In this document: piece by piece, positions 19,262-29,192 of the stretch
How positions within the stretch are numbered: the first letter of the stretch is position 1
Layout of the letters: every line of letters begins with the position of its first letter
DNA from: an uncultured delta proteobacterium
GTDB taxonomy: Bacteria > Myxococcota_A > Polyangia > Polyangiales > Polyangiaceae
Reading direction: 5' to 3'
NCBI GenBank assembly: GCA_963806225.1
Contig: CAWDXG010000004.1
Coordinates: 2,752,001-2,816,000 of the forward strand
Length of the DNA stretch: 64,000 nucleotides
The notes under the pieces: generated by a model
Told to the model about the DNA's origin: nothing
Database searches by the model: none
Seen by the model: only the letters and a program-made list of their open reading frames with translations
Translations under genes and position numbers: made by a program

Positions 19262-20299
19262 CTAGGGACCATCCGGCTCGTGGCAGAGCACCCGCAACGC
19301 GTTCTCGTGGAACACCTTGGACACCTCGCCGCGATCGAACCCGGCCTTCAGGAGTGCGGACGCGAGCGCCTGGAAGTGCGCTGCGCTCCCGAGCGCACGC
19401 GGCGGGCGGATGCCCCCTTCGAAGTCGGAACCGATGGCGACGTGCTCGATGCCGGCAACCTTCACCAGGTGCTGGACGTGCCGCACAACGTCGTGGAGCG
19501 TGGCGCGTCGCCCGACGGCCAGGAACGGCGAGTGGAAGTTCACGCCGATGACGCCTCCCGATTTTCCGATGTCCCGGATCTGCGCGTCCGTCAGGTTGCG
19601 GGGATTGTCCGCCAGCGCGCGTGCATCGGAGTGGCTCGCCACGACGGGCACGCCCCGGGCCAGCGACAGGTCGATCATGTCCCGGGTCGCGGCGTCGGAC
19701 GCGTGCGATACATCCAGCACCCCACCGGCCGCGATCACGCGCTCGGCGACATTGCGTCCCTTCGCCGTCAGGCCCCGCTTCTCGTGGTGGCCGCTGCCCG
19801 ACGATGTCGCGAGGTCGTTGTCGTAGCTGTGCACCAGCCCGAACAGCCGCACCCCACGCGCCACCCAGCGCGTCACAGCCGACGGATCAGCCGCAAGCGG
19901 GTTGGCGTTCTCGAAGGAGAGCCAGGTTCGTACGCGTCCCTTCGCAGGGCGACAACCAGGCAGCGCGTACGGCGGCGTGCGCGTCAACAGGTCGAACACG
20001 CTCTGGTAGGAACTCTCCAGATCCCGCATGCGCGGCCCGGTGGGCGAGACGTTCCGCGGGATGTACAGCGGCAGGACCACGCCAGCGACGCCGCCAGCCT
20101 GGATCTCGCTGGCCACGTACTGACCGACGCCGTGATCGAAGGAGTGCCCTTTGTAGTTGGTCTCGTAGGACAGATCGACGTGCAGATCGACCACGCCGAT
20201 CGGAGCCCGCTGCACGTCGGCAGCAGCCAGCGGCAGCGGCAGGAGCAGGAGCGTCAACGCGCCGGCAAGCGCCGCGGAGACCAGGCGCGATCCGCTCAC
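19262..20299 (-). CDS. Secreted membrane dipeptidase (peptidase M19)
   Basis: DLHVD, DVSHAS, ASHS, PRNLTD, IGSDFEG; GTG start overlaps the kinase stop (GTGA). Confidence 0.9.
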   Translation of the reverse strand: MSGSRLVSAALAGALTLLLLPLPLAAADVQRAPIGVVDLHVDLSYETNYKGHSFDHGVGQYVASEIQAGGVAGVVLPLYIPRNVSPTGPRMRDLESSYQSVFDLLTRTPPYALPGCRPAKGRVRTWLSFENANPLAADPSAVTRWVARGVRLFGLVHSYDNDLATSSGSGHHEKRGLTAKGRNVAERVIAAGGVLDVSHASDAATRDMIDLSLARGVPVVASHSDARALADNPRNLTDAQIRDIGKSGGVIGVNFHSPFLAVGRRATLHDVVRHVQHLVKVAGIEHVAIGSDFEGGIRPPRALGSAAHFQALASALLKAGFDRGEVSKVFHENALRVLCHEPDGP

Positions 20300-21471
20300 A
20301 GCTTCCCCGCCACGAACCCGACGACGAACCCGATTGCCAATGCCAGGAACGTGATCGCGAGCGCGAGCACCAGCGATACCCGCCGGGGATGGTGCGCGGG
20401 AGACACGACCTGGACCATCGGCGCAAGCGTGTGAGCGGGTGGAGGGACGCTGCCCGCGGAAATCGCCGTGTCGGTGCGCGGAAAGCGAGGCGGCGGCTCG
20501 GACACCGCTGAACCAGCAGGCGGCGACCAGCCCGCCGGGGGGGGCGCCGATGGCATCAGGGTGCTCGCCGGGATGGCCTGGAAATGGCTCTCGGGCATGT
20601 GCCCCTCGCGCGCCACGGCGAGGAGCGCGGCGGCCATTTCCTGCGCGCTCTGGAAACGGTCCGCGGGCTCGCGCGCCAGGGCCCTCTGGAAGAACGGCCC
20701 CCAGTGGGCGTACTGGGGCGCCACCTGTTCGATGGGGGCCGGATCGTTCGTCAGGACCTGCGTGATCCGGGCAAACTCGTTCTCCGCCTGGAACGCCGGA
20801 GTGGCGGTCAGCATCTCGTAGAAGATGATGCCCACGCTCCACAGGTCGGAGCGCTCGTCGGCGTCCTTCGAATTTCTGACCTGCTCGGGGCTCATGTAGC
20901 CCGGCGTGCCCAGAAGCATCCCGGTTCGCGTCTTGCGCTGCATCCCACCGGCCGCGTCCATCACGCGGGAGAGGCCGAAGTCGAGCAGCTTGACCACTAT
21001 CGTTCCCGACGCGTCCTGCGCCAGGAACACGTTGTCGGGCTTCAGATCGCGGTGCACGACGCCCGCGGCATGGGCTGCGCCTAGCGCATCGAGGATGCTG
21101 TGCGCGATCGGCGCGGCCTGCTCCACGGGCACGCGCCCGCGGTTCATGCGGGCCGAAAGCGGCCGACCCTGGAGCAGCTCGACCACGAGATAGGGCGTTC
21201 CGTCCTCGGCACGCGCCGCTTCATAGACCTTGGTAACCCCGGGGTGATCGATGCGCGCGCCGGCCAGCGCCTCGGTCAGGAAGCGTTCGACAATCTCCTG
21301 CTCGTCGCAGAACTCGCGGCGCAGGAGCTTGATGGCGCACCGGCCCTCGCCCTGCAGGCTCTCGGCTTCGAACACGAGCCCGAGCCCGCCGGAGCCGATG
21401 TGACGCACCAGCCGCCAGCGCTGTCCGAGCACCGCTCCAAGCAGAGCGTTGGGGTCGTCCTCAGCAGCCAT
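20296..21471 (-). CDS. Membrane-anchored Ser/Thr protein kinase
   Basis: GSGGLG, AIK, HRDLKPDN, DFG, GTPGYMSPEQ, SDLWSVG; C-terminal TM helix. Confidence 0.95.
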   Translation of the reverse strand: MAAEDDPNALLGAVLGQRWRLVRHIGSGGLGLVFEAESLQGEGRCAIKLLRREFCDEQEIVERFLTEALAGARIDHPGVTKVYEAARAEDGTPYLVVELLQGRPLSARMNRGRVPVEQAAPIAHSILDALGAAHAAGVVHRDLKPDNVFLAQDASGTIVVKLLDFGLSRVMDAAGGMQRKTRTGMLLGTPGYMSPEQVRNSKDADERSDLWSVGIIFYEMLTATPAFQAENEFARITQVLTNDPAPIEQVAPQYAHWGPFFQRALAREPADRFQSAQEMAAALLAVAREGHMPESHFQAIPASTLMPSAPPPAGWSPPAGSAVSEPPPRFPRTDTAISAGSVPPPAHTLAPMVQVVSPAHHPRRVSLVLALAITFLALAIGFVVGFVAGKL

Positions 21472-21480
21472 GCCGGATCG

Positions 21481-22683
21481 CTACAGGCAGCAGTAGGTGA
21501 CGGCGCCGGTCGTCTGGATACTTCCGGTAGGCTGTCCGCCGGACGGCGTGCACGTTCCGGCGACGACGGCGGGGGCCTTCGTGTATTGCCCGCCCCAATC
21601 GCCTTTGTTGTCCGTAAGCGACCAGTCGAGCAGGTTGGACACATCGACGCAGCTCGTCGAATTGACGACCTTGTTGCCCTGGCAGACCGGGTATGAACCG
21701 CACTTGCAGACATGATGATCGTAGAAGGTGTACTCCCCCGGGCTGCACACGATGCCCGACTGCACCGGCGTGCAGGTGCACGCCGCACAGCCGCGGGTGT
21801 CGGTCGCGTCCTGGTAGCCGACAAGCCGCGTGCTCCATCCAGGCGGGCAACTCTGCTCGCCCGCCTTGCGGATGCAGACGCTGCCGGAGTATGCGCCGCT
21901 GCCCGGAGCGGCACACGATTGGCCCAGCACGCACCCGCCGCCCGTGGTGCGGGGAGCACCACACGCGTACAGCCAGCGACCCCAGGGCTGCTTGACGCTG
22001 AGCTCTCCACCCGACGGCGGACATGATCCTCCGCTGGCAGGCGCAGGGGCCTCCAGCCGACATGAAAGCTCGGAGGGGTAGCCGACCTGGCTGCAGGACT
22101 GGAACTTCGCGCTCCAGTCCGTCGCGCCGTTGCAGTCCTTGTTCTGGGAACAATCGATTCGCGCTGCGGAGCACGCACCCGTCAAGGCCCCGCACGTGCA
22201 CGGCGTGCACGCTGTGGAACCGGGATTCGACAAGTACTTCTCTGGCGGGCTGCCGTCGGGGCACGAGGGCGGCGTGTTCGTGGTGTCGAAGGGATCGCCC
22301 GCCGTGCGGAAGTAGCCCTCCCAACCGGAAGGCGGACTCTTCTTGCACGTGTAGCCGGCGGTCTGGCAGGCGGGGTCGCCGCAATCCACGAAGCCGTCCC
22401 CGTTGTTGTCCTTCTGGTCGAAGCAGTTCTCCTGCCCTGCCGAGCCGCCGTCGGGGGCGCCGCCGACGGCACCGGTGCCGGAGGATCCGCCGGTGCCGGA
22501 AGTCCCCCCGTGCCCGCCCCCACCTGCACCTCCAGCCGCCCCACCACCACCGGGGCCGCCGTCTAGACCCGTCGAGCTTCCAGTGCTCGTCGCGTTCGTG
22601 TCGAGCGAGCACGCGGGCGCTCCAGCCGCGACGAGCGCGGCAAGCAGGAGGCGGGACAGCGAGCGGAAGCGGCCAACGGACAT
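21481..22683 (-). CDS. Cys-rich lipoprotein with Gly linker (400 aa)
   Basis: Signal ending GAPAC, Gly/Thr linker, ENCFDQKDNNGDGFVDCGDPAC, two CxxCxC repeats, ends TYCCL. Confidence 0.82.
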   Translation of the reverse strand: MSVGRFRSLSRLLLAALVAAGAPACSLDTNATSTGSSTGLDGGPGGGGAAGGAGGGGHGGTSGTGGSSGTGAVGGAPDGGSAGQENCFDQKDNNGDGFVDCGDPACQTAGYTCKKSPPSGWEGYFRTAGDPFDTTNTPPSCPDGSPPEKYLSNPGSTACTPCTCGALTGACSAARIDCSQNKDCNGATDWSAKFQSCSQVGYPSELSCRLEAPAPASGGSCPPSGGELSVKQPWGRWLYACGAPRTTGGGCVLGQSCAAPGSGAYSGSVCIRKAGEQSCPPGWSTRLVGYQDATDTRGCAACTCTPVQSGIVCSPGEYTFYDHHVCKCGSYPVCQGNKVVNSTSCVDVSNLLDWSLTDNKGDWGGQYTKAPAVVAGTCTPSGGQPTGSIQTTGAVTYCCL

Positions 22684-22811
22684 GACAAGCCTGGGCTTGA
22701 AGATAGCACGCAGCGCTGGCCGTCGGCGCGCTGACTTCCCGCCGCGGGGCGTGACGCCGATCATCGTGGGCCCCGCGCAATCTGGCTTGCGGACAGCAGC
22801 GCACCGCGTGC

Positions 22812-23720
22812 ATGGTGCCCGGGGTGATCCGGCTCGTCGCACTGATCGGCGTCCTGGCAATTTCCCTGTCCGCGATATTCGTGCGGCTCGCCAGCGTCTC
22901 GCCTTCGACCGCTGCGGTGTTCCGCGGAGCCTACGCTCTGCCCGTGCTCGCTGCGATCTGGTGGTTCGTGCGCCGCCGCGACCATCGCCGCCGCTTCGAA
23001 CGGCTGCTGGCGGGCGGAGCCGGACTGTTTCTAGCGCTGGATCTGGCCATGTGGCACCGCGCCATCGGGTCGATCGGTGCGGGGCTCGCCACGGTGCTAG
23101 CGAACACGCAGGTTGTCTTCGTGGGTCTCCTGGCCTGGGCGCTCCACCACGAGCGACCCACGCGCTCCGCCCTGGCGACAATCCCGGTCGTGTTCGCCGG
23201 CGTCGTCCTGATCTCGGGTATGGGGCGCGGCGATGCCTACGGCAGCGCGCCACTGGCCGGCGCGCTGCTCGGCGTAGGCGCGGGCCTCGCCTACAGCGGA
23301 TACCTGCTGGTGTTCCGCGCGGCCAACCGCGGACTGTCGCATCCCGCCGGTCCGCTGCTTGACGCGACGATCGGCATGACGTTCGGGTCGCTGTTCGGTG
23401 GAGCGCTCGACCACGGCCTCGATCTGATCCCGCATTTCCCGGCGCACGCCTGGCTGATCGCACTCGCGCTCGTCGCCCAGGTCGGCGGTTGGCTGCTCAT
23501 CGGTCTGGCGCTGCCGCGGTTGCCGGCGCTCGAGACGTCGGTGCTGCTCCTGGTGCAGCCAACGTGCACGATGCTGTGGGGCTTTCTGATCTTCGACGAG
23601 CGTCTCTCGAGCACCCAGCTCGCAGGCGCTGCCATCGTGCTCGCCGGTGTTGCCGTGCTGAGCCTGCGCGGTAGCGTCGTGGCGAAGACCAGCAAAGCGA
23701 TCGCCGAGCTCGGGCGCTGA
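22812..23720 (+). CDS. DMT/EamA family transporter
   Basis: About 10 TM; duplicated EamA pattern (ATVLANTQVVFV...HERP; LLLVQP...FDERLS). Confidence 0.9.
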   Translation: MVPGVIRLVALIGVLAISLSAIFVRLASVSPSTAAVFRGAYALPVLAAIWWFVRRRDHRRRFERLLAGGAGLFLALDLAMWHRAIGSIGAGLATVLANTQVVFVGLLAWALHHERPTRSALATIPVVFAGVVLISGMGRGDAYGSAPLAGALLGVGAGLAYSGYLLVFRAANRGLSHPAGPLLDATIGMTFGSLFGGALDHGLDLIPHFPAHAWLIALALVAQVGGWLLIGLALPRLPALETSVLLLVQPTCTMLWGFLIFDERLSSTQLAGAAIVLAGVAVLSLRGSVVAKTSKAIAELGR

Positions 23721-23722
23721 CG

Positions 23723-24511
23723 CTACCAGAACCGACCGGGCACGACCGGATGGCTGCTCGACAGGCCGCCGTCGACGACCAGCGCCTGGCCGTTCACGTA
23801 GCTCGCTTCGTCCGATAGCAGAAACGCCACCAGCGACGCGACCTCCTCGGGCTGTCCGGCGCGTCGCAACGGATTCAGCTGCCCGATGCGATCTTCCTTG
23901 CCGGCGGCGCGCGCCATCTCGAAGATCGGGCGTGTCATGCCGGTCTCGATCAGGCCGGGGCAGACCGCATTGACGCGCACGCCGCTTCCCGAAAGCTGAC
24001 AGGCGGCCGTCTGCACGAGATTGATGATGCCGGCCTTGCTGGCGCTGTAGTGGGCGGGCCCGGCTCCCGCCCTGAGCCCCGCCACCGACGCGGTGCACAC
24101 GATCGAGCCGCCGCCGTGGGCCGCCATGTGCGCCGATGCGTGCTTGATGGCGAGGAAGGCGCCGAGCAGATTGACGCGCAGCACCTCCATCCAGTCCTCG
24201 ACGTCGAGCATGGCGATGCCGGCGACGCTTCCGGTGATCCCGGCGTTGGCGTGGAAGGCCTCCAGCCCGCCGAGCTCCTGCACGCACTCGGCGACGAGGC
24301 GCTGCACGATCCGCTCGTCGCTCGTGTCGCCGGCCAGCGCGCGGAATGTCGCGCCCGTCGCCTTCCCCTGTTCGACCGTCCCGTCGAGCCCCTCGGCGTC
24401 GATGTCGCTGACGACGAGCTGTGCGCCCTCCCGAGCGAGCGCAAGTGCCGTGGCTCTACCGATGCCGCTGGCGGCACCGGTGACGATGGCCCGTTTCCCC
24501 TCGAGACGCAT
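23723..24511 (-). CDS. Short-chain dehydrogenase/reductase
   Basis: TGAASGIG, NAGI, YSASK, VNAVCPGLIET. Confidence 0.95.
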   Translation of the reverse strand: MRLEGKRAIVTGAASGIGRATALALAREGAQLVVSDIDAEGLDGTVEQGKATGATFRALAGDTSDERIVQRLVAECVQELGGLEAFHANAGITGSVAGIAMLDVEDWMEVLRVNLLGAFLAIKHASAHMAAHGGGSIVCTASVAGLRAGAGPAHYSASKAGIINLVQTAACQLSGSGVRVNAVCPGLIETGMTRPIFEMARAAGKEDRIGQLNPLRRAGQPEEVASLVAFLLSDEASYVNGQALVVDGGLSSSHPVVPGRFW

Positions 24512-24517
24512 GTCGAC

Positions 24518-25405
24518 CTAGTTCGGCTTGCCGGGTGTGCGCGGCGCACCGACGACGAAATCCGCGCTGTTGTCGTCGGTGTCCTTGCCGTTGGGAGTGC
24601 GGGAGGCGGACTTGCCGCTCGGGATGTTGGCGCAGGCCGTACCCTCGATGTCCGGGTGCGTGCCGGATATGCTTTGCCACGCCATCGAATCGATCGGAGA
24701 AGCGCCGGCGGGATTGTACAGGGCCACGCCCGCGCCCCCCTTGGCCAGCCCGAAACCCGAGCCCCACACGTAGTCCGCGGTCCCCCCGAACCCCAACCCT
24801 GCCACGACGAAGTAGCCGCCGACGGGCAGCGAGTCACCCGACACGCCCGTCCAGTTGGTCTTGGTCGTCGAGCCCGACGAGGAAGTGTAGTCCAGCCGCC
24901 ACCCCGCCAGGTCCACCGCGCAGCTGCTCGCGTTGTACAGCTCCACGAACTCGTCGCTGCCCGAGGTGCCGTCGGTCGAGACCTCGTTGATCACGACGTG
25001 CCCCGTGCAGGTCCCCGCGTCGCTTCCAGCGGTGCCGCCTGTACCCGCCGTGCCCGCCGTGCCACCGGCTCCAGAGGTGCCACCCGTGCCGCCGCCGTCG
25101 ACGCCGCCGACTCCAGACGTGCCGCCACTGCCACCGGTTCCTCCGGCTCCCGAAGTGCCGCCGGTTCCAGCGACACCGCCCGAGCCGCCCGCATCGACTC
25201 CGCCAATTCCACCGCTTCCAGCCAACCCGCCGCTGCCGCCGGTCCCTCCAACGCCGGCCGAGCCCCCCGACGCCCCGCCGTCCTTGAGCTGGTTGAACTG
25301 GTCGATCGGCAGAAACTGGTGATCGGGGAACGAGCAGCCTGCGAAGGCCACGAAAGCCGCGGCGCCGACGACGCACGCGCGACGTGTAGCCCTAGAAATG
25401 TCCAC
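24518..25405 (-). CDS. Lamin-tail-domain (LTD) lipoprotein
   Basis: AFAGC lipobox, Gly/Thr linker, VVINEV...DEFVELYN...VDLAGWRL...RTPGKPN. GTG start inferred. Confidence 0.85.
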   Translation of the reverse strand: MDISRATRRACVVGAAAFVAFAGCSFPDHQFLPIDQFNQLKDGGASGGSAGVGGTGGSGGLAGSGGIGGVDAGGSGGVAGTGGTSGAGGTGGSGGTSGVGGVDGGGTGGTSGAGGTAGTAGTGGTAGSDAGTCTGHVVINEVSTDGTSGSDEFVELYNASSCAVDLAGWRLDYTSSSGSTTKTNWTGVSGDSLPVGGYFVVAGLGFGGTADYVWGSGFGLAKGGAGVALYNPAGASPIDSMAWQSISGTHPDIEGTACANIPSGKSASRTPNGKDTDDNSADFVVGAPRTPGKPN

Positions 25406-26459
25406 CGATACTGACTCCCGTCGAATGCGGCGCCGCTGCGACGCGAACACTCACGCGATGGCTGGCGGAATCCCCAGCGCTCTTCGAGGAGGAGCTGCCC
25501 GTGAGAAGCCACACCGCCGCGACTCCGAGCCCCACAGCGCCGACGCCGAGCGCCACGCCCGTCAGGGTCGCATAGCGCTGCCCGGCGTCCTGCGTGCTCT
25601 GGAGCGTATTCGGGCACTTGTCCCCGATGCAGCCGTCGTCCAGCTTCTTCTTCGCGTTGTTGCGCAGGATGTAGAACACCCCCGAAGCCGCCAGGCTCGC
25701 GACGCCGACGCCGCCGATGATCCACGGCGCAGCCGAGCCTCCCGATGCGACGTGAGCTGCGTGATCGGGCTCGGGCGCGGGAGCTTCGCCACCCGATGCG
25801 TCGGGCGCGGGCTTGCTCGACGCCTTGGCGGCGGCCGCCGCCTTTCCTCTCAGGGCTTCCGGAACGTCGAGGACAACATCCAGGGTCTTGCCTTCCTCGG
25901 CGTTCACGGTCTTCTTGAACGTCTCCCCCGTCGGCAGCGCTCCCACCAGCTCGTGCGGACCAGGGTCCACGTTCACCGGATGGCCGATCTGCGACGGGCC
26001 TACGACCACGCCGTCAAGCTCGATCTTGATCGCATCGGCGCCCTTGCCGCGCTCGATCACCAGCTTGGGGATGCGCTTCTCGAGAGCCTTCTGGGCGGTC
26101 TGGATCTGGTCGAGGATCCCGCTCGCCGTGTCTCCGGCCTGCTGGGCCTCGTACTCGGCAAGCCGATAGCCGCCGAGCGCCTCGTTGAGACGGCCGAGAT
26201 GCTCTTTCGAGCGCGCGATGTGGAAGCGGACCTGGGGCGTCAGCTTGATGCGCGAGACCTGCTGGAACGTGGCCAGCGCTCCGGTCCAGTCGCCTGCCGC
26301 TTCCTGCGTCACGCCCTGGCTGTACAGCTGTCGCGCCTTGGCGAGCTCCGCCTTGCTCTGGGCGCGGGCCCCTGCCGACCAGCCGATCTGCGCCAGCGAC
26401 ACGCCCACTGCGAGGAGCAGGGCGCCCCGATTGCGGCGGAAGTGGACGCGACGAGTCAC
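25392..26459 (-). CDS. Secreted TPR + PEGA-like domain protein with C-terminal hydrophobic helices
   Basis: Signal peptide; TPR (ARQLYSQG...ALATFQ...FHIAR...GRLNEAL); IELDG...VDPGPHEL PEGA-like segment. Confidence 0.82.
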   Translation of the reverse strand: MTRRVHFRRNRGALLLAVGVSLAQIGWSAGARAQSKAELAKARQLYSQGVTQEAAGDWTGALATFQQVSRIKLTPQVRFHIARSKEHLGRLNEALGGYRLAEYEAQQAGDTASGILDQIQTAQKALEKRIPKLVIERGKGADAIKIELDGVVVGPSQIGHPVNVDPGPHELVGALPTGETFKKTVNAEEGKTLDVVLDVPEALRGKAAAAAKASSKPAPDASGGEAPAPEPDHAAHVASGGSAAPWIIGGVGVASLAASGVFYILRNNAKKKLDDGCIGDKCPNTLQSTQDAGQRYATLTGVALGVGAVGLGVAAVWLLTGSSSSKSAGDSASHRVSVRVAAAPHSTGVSIGGHF

Positions 26460-26489
26460 CGTTCGATCGACCCTAAATCAGCAAGCATG

Positions 26490-26509
26490 ATTCTGCTACA
26501 TGCGTAGCA
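26490..26509. promoter_or_regulatory. Candidate operator (TGCTAC-N4-GTAGCA palindrome)
   Basis: AT-rich palindrome at 26494-26509 in a divergent intergenic region; shares ATTCTGCTAC with the 38587 site. Confidence 0.4.
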
Positions 26510-26810
26510 TCCCCCGCGTCGCAAGTCGGTGACAAGGACGTGCTCCCTGACGCTGATGGGGACGTGACCGGCCACCGCAGTGGGCGGCTCCCGCTTGACG
26601 TGCCGGCAACGCGGAAGTAAGCGGCGCCATCTGGGTCCACCGGGGAAGGCGCCGGCCGCAAGGCCGACAACATCTGGGGATCGGGGAGATCGCCCGCCAG
26701 CGCGACGTACAAGGGGGGCACTGGGCGCAGACCCGGCGGGACCATGCAGGGCCAGACGCGGCCACCGGTCCTCGGCAGGGACGCCACAAACCGCATAGGA
26801 GTCTTCGGTA

Positions 26811-28079
26811 ATGACGCTTCGAAATACTTGGGTGGGAACTTTCATGCTGGCTGCGATGGCGGCCTTGGCCGGCTGCAGCAGCAGCAGCAACACGCCGAAC
26901 TACTATGGCACCGGCGGCACCGGGGGATACGGCACCGGCGGCACCGATGCAGGTGGCGGCACTGGTGGTAGCGGCGCGACCGGCGGAACCGGCGCGACCG
27001 GCGCGACCGGCGGCACCGGCGCGACCGGCGGCACCGGCGGCTCGACCGGCGGCACCGGCGGCTCGACCGGCGGAACTGCCGGCACCGGCGGCGCGACCGG
27101 CGGAACCGGCGGCTCGACCGGCGGAACCGGCGGCGCGACCGGCGGAACCGGCGGCGCGACCGGCGGAACCGGCGGCTCGACCGGCGGAACCGGCGGCTCG
27201 ACCGGCGGAACCGGCGGCTCGACCGGCGGAACCGGCGGCTCGACCGGCGGAACCGGCGGCTCGACCGGCGGAACCGGCGGCTCGACCGGCGGAACCGGCG
27301 GCACCGGCGGCTCGACCGGCGGCACCGGCGGCGCGACCGGCGGAACCGGCGGCACCGGTGGCAGCCCAACCTGCACGACGATCACGGTCGGCAACTTCGC
27401 CGGCGACAACGCCGCGCGCGTCGTGTCGTTGATCAACCCGAATCTCGGCGCCTCCGACCCGGACATTCTCGGCGTCGGCCTGTACAGCGCCGCGACCGGC
27501 ACCTTCGATCTAGGGGCCGAGACGGATCTGGCGACCTGCAACCACTGCGTGATCGCGTTCGAAGACGTCACCAACACCGGCACGGGGCGCTACTACTTCC
27601 AGGCCAGCGGCAGCATGACGGTGACGCAGGCCAACTCCTCGACGCCAGTGTTCTCGACCGGCACCCTGTCGAACGTGAAACTCATCGAGGTGACACTCGA
27701 CTCGACCGGTACCGTCGCGACGCCGGTCGCAAACGGCAAGTGCTTGATGCTGAACTCGGCAAGCTGGTCGGTGGCCAACTCCTGCACCGACGGCGGGCCA
27801 GAGTACAACACCAACCAGTCCACCGATTGCCAGACCTGTGGCACCGCAGAGCAGGGCACCGGCGGCTGCTGCGAGTCGGAGTCGACCACGTGCGCGAACA
27901 ACTCCGAGTGCGTCGCGCTCGACACGTGCCTCCGGGCGTGCGCTAGCGGCGATACGACCTGCCAGAACACCTGCGCGTCAAACCACTCCGCCGGCGTCTC
28001 CGATTACAACGCCTGGGGGGTGTGTCTGGTCGGTGACGGCTCCACGACCAACGGCGCCTGCGGCCTCGTCTGTCAGTAG
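26811..28079 (+). CDS. Lipoprotein with very long Gly/Thr linker and Cys-rich C-terminus
   Basis: LAGC lipobox, AGGAG RBS, about 150 aa of GGTGG(S/A)T repeats, beta-rich domain, Cys-rich helical tail. Confidence 0.88.
   Translation: MTLRNTWVGTFMLAAMAALAGCSSSSNTPNYYGTGGTGGYGTGGTDAGGGTGGSGATGGTGATGATGGTGATGGTGGSTGGTGGSTGGTAGTGGATGGTGGSTGGTGGATGGTGGATGGTGGSTGGTGGSTGGTGGSTGGTGGSTGGTGGSTGGTGGSTGGTGGTGGSTGGTGGATGGTGGTGGSPTCTTITVGNFAGDNAARVVSLINPNLGASDPDILGVGLYSAATGTFDLGAETDLATCNHCVIAFEDVTNTGTGRYYFQASGSMTVTQANSSTPVFSTGTLSNVKLIEVTLDSTGTVATPVANGKCLMLNSASWSVANSCTDGGPEYNTNQSTDCQTCGTAEQGTGGCCESESTTCANNSECVALDTCLRACASGDTTCQNTCASNHSAGVSDYNAWGVCLVGDGSTTNGACGLVCQ
26970..27360 (+). repeat. Intragenic 21-bp tandem repeat (GGCGGAACCGGCGGCTCGACC; encodes GGTGGST)
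   Basis: Directly visible; several consecutive perfect copies around 27160-27290; degenerate at the edges. Confidence 0.95.
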
Positions 28080-28302
28080 GCGCAGGGCAAGCACCTAGCC
28101 TAGTCCCAAAGCAAGCGATCGCCGATCGTGCATTTCCGGCCGCTCCTTCGAGGGGAGCGCATGGCGGAGCGTGGGCGCCCCACAGCGGTCCGACGCTTGA
28201 TCGGCGATCGCTGTGGGGCTGTCGGAGGATCGTTTCGTAGCTCGCTGGGTTGGGGGGCGGTTCGAGGTCGCCCGGGCTGGGCAGCAGCGCGTCGCGCGCT
28301 CG

Positions 28303-29133
28303 CTACGACAATGCGCCCTCGAGGCGTTCGATGGCCGCGAGATACGCCGGCGTGCAGCGCCCGAACCCTTCCGCACGGAACACGCGCCGCACCACTTCAC
28401 GCTCTTCGGCCGACAGATTGAAGAGCGCCTGCCCGAGACGTCCAGCGGCCTCCCGGGGCACGCGGCTCGCGACCGCAACGCCGTCGACGGGTACCGAGCC
28501 TGCCTGCGCCAGCACCGTCACCTGTGCGCTGGCGGTCTCCTCCACGCCGAACCATCCTGCATCGACGATCTTCCGGGAACGCGGCTCCAGCACCGCAAAG
28601 GTCGCCCCGACATCGACTTCAGCGTTCAAGACGGCGCGCGCGACATTCGCGTGCGTCTGGAGAAAGCTCTCGCGGGAGAAACAACGGGCGGGCTCGATGC
28701 CGTGGTGCTCGAGCCACAGACGCGGCACCACGTAGCCGCCCCCGCTCGAGCGATCCACCCACCCGATACTGTGCCCCGGAAGGTCCGACAGCGTCTTTAC
28801 GGCCGAATCGGCGCGCGTGAAGAGCACGGAGTGGTACACGCCCGTCCCCTCGCGGCGCACGGTCGCGAGCAACGTCACGACGCCGCTCCTGCGCAGCTCG
28901 GCCGCCAGCAGCGGCGGTATCCACGCCACGTCCACGCCGCCCGTGGCCAACTGGGCCGACAGGGCGCCATAGGACCTCACGACCTGCGGATACAGAATCA
29001 AACCGAGGCGCTCCGACAGGCTGTTGCACAGCTCTTCCAGGGGAGCGCGCGCGCTGACCTCGCTCGAGACGATACCGAACGCGAAGGCACCCTTGCGTCG
29101 AGAGGAGGCTGGTCTCTCTTCGTCCACTACCAC
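28303..29133 (-). CDS. PhnD/phosphonate-type substrate-binding-fold protein
   Basis: VDVAWIPP, YHSVLF, WVDRSSGGGYVVP, HANVARAVLNAEVDVGA. Confidence 0.8.
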   Translation of the reverse strand: MVVDEERPASSRRKGAFAFGIVSSEVSARAPLEELCNSLSERLGLILYPQVVRSYGALSAQLATGGVDVAWIPPLLAAELRRSGVVTLLATVRREGTGVYHSVLFTRADSAVKTLSDLPGHSIGWVDRSSGGGYVVPRLWLEHHGIEPARCFSRESFLQTHANVARAVLNAEVDVGATFAVLEPRSRKIVDAGWFGVEETASAQVTVLAQAGSVPVDGVAVASRVPREAAGRLGQALFNLSAEEREVVRRVFRAEGFGRCTPAYLAAIERLEGALS

Positions 29134-29192
29134 AATCTACACTCTACCCCGGACCGCAGCACTCCGCTGCTTCCGGTCCGGTCCCCGCGAAG

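Noticed and set aside
26970..27360. CRISPR-like array
   Set aside because: Contiguous in-frame coding repeats with no spacers and no cas genes.
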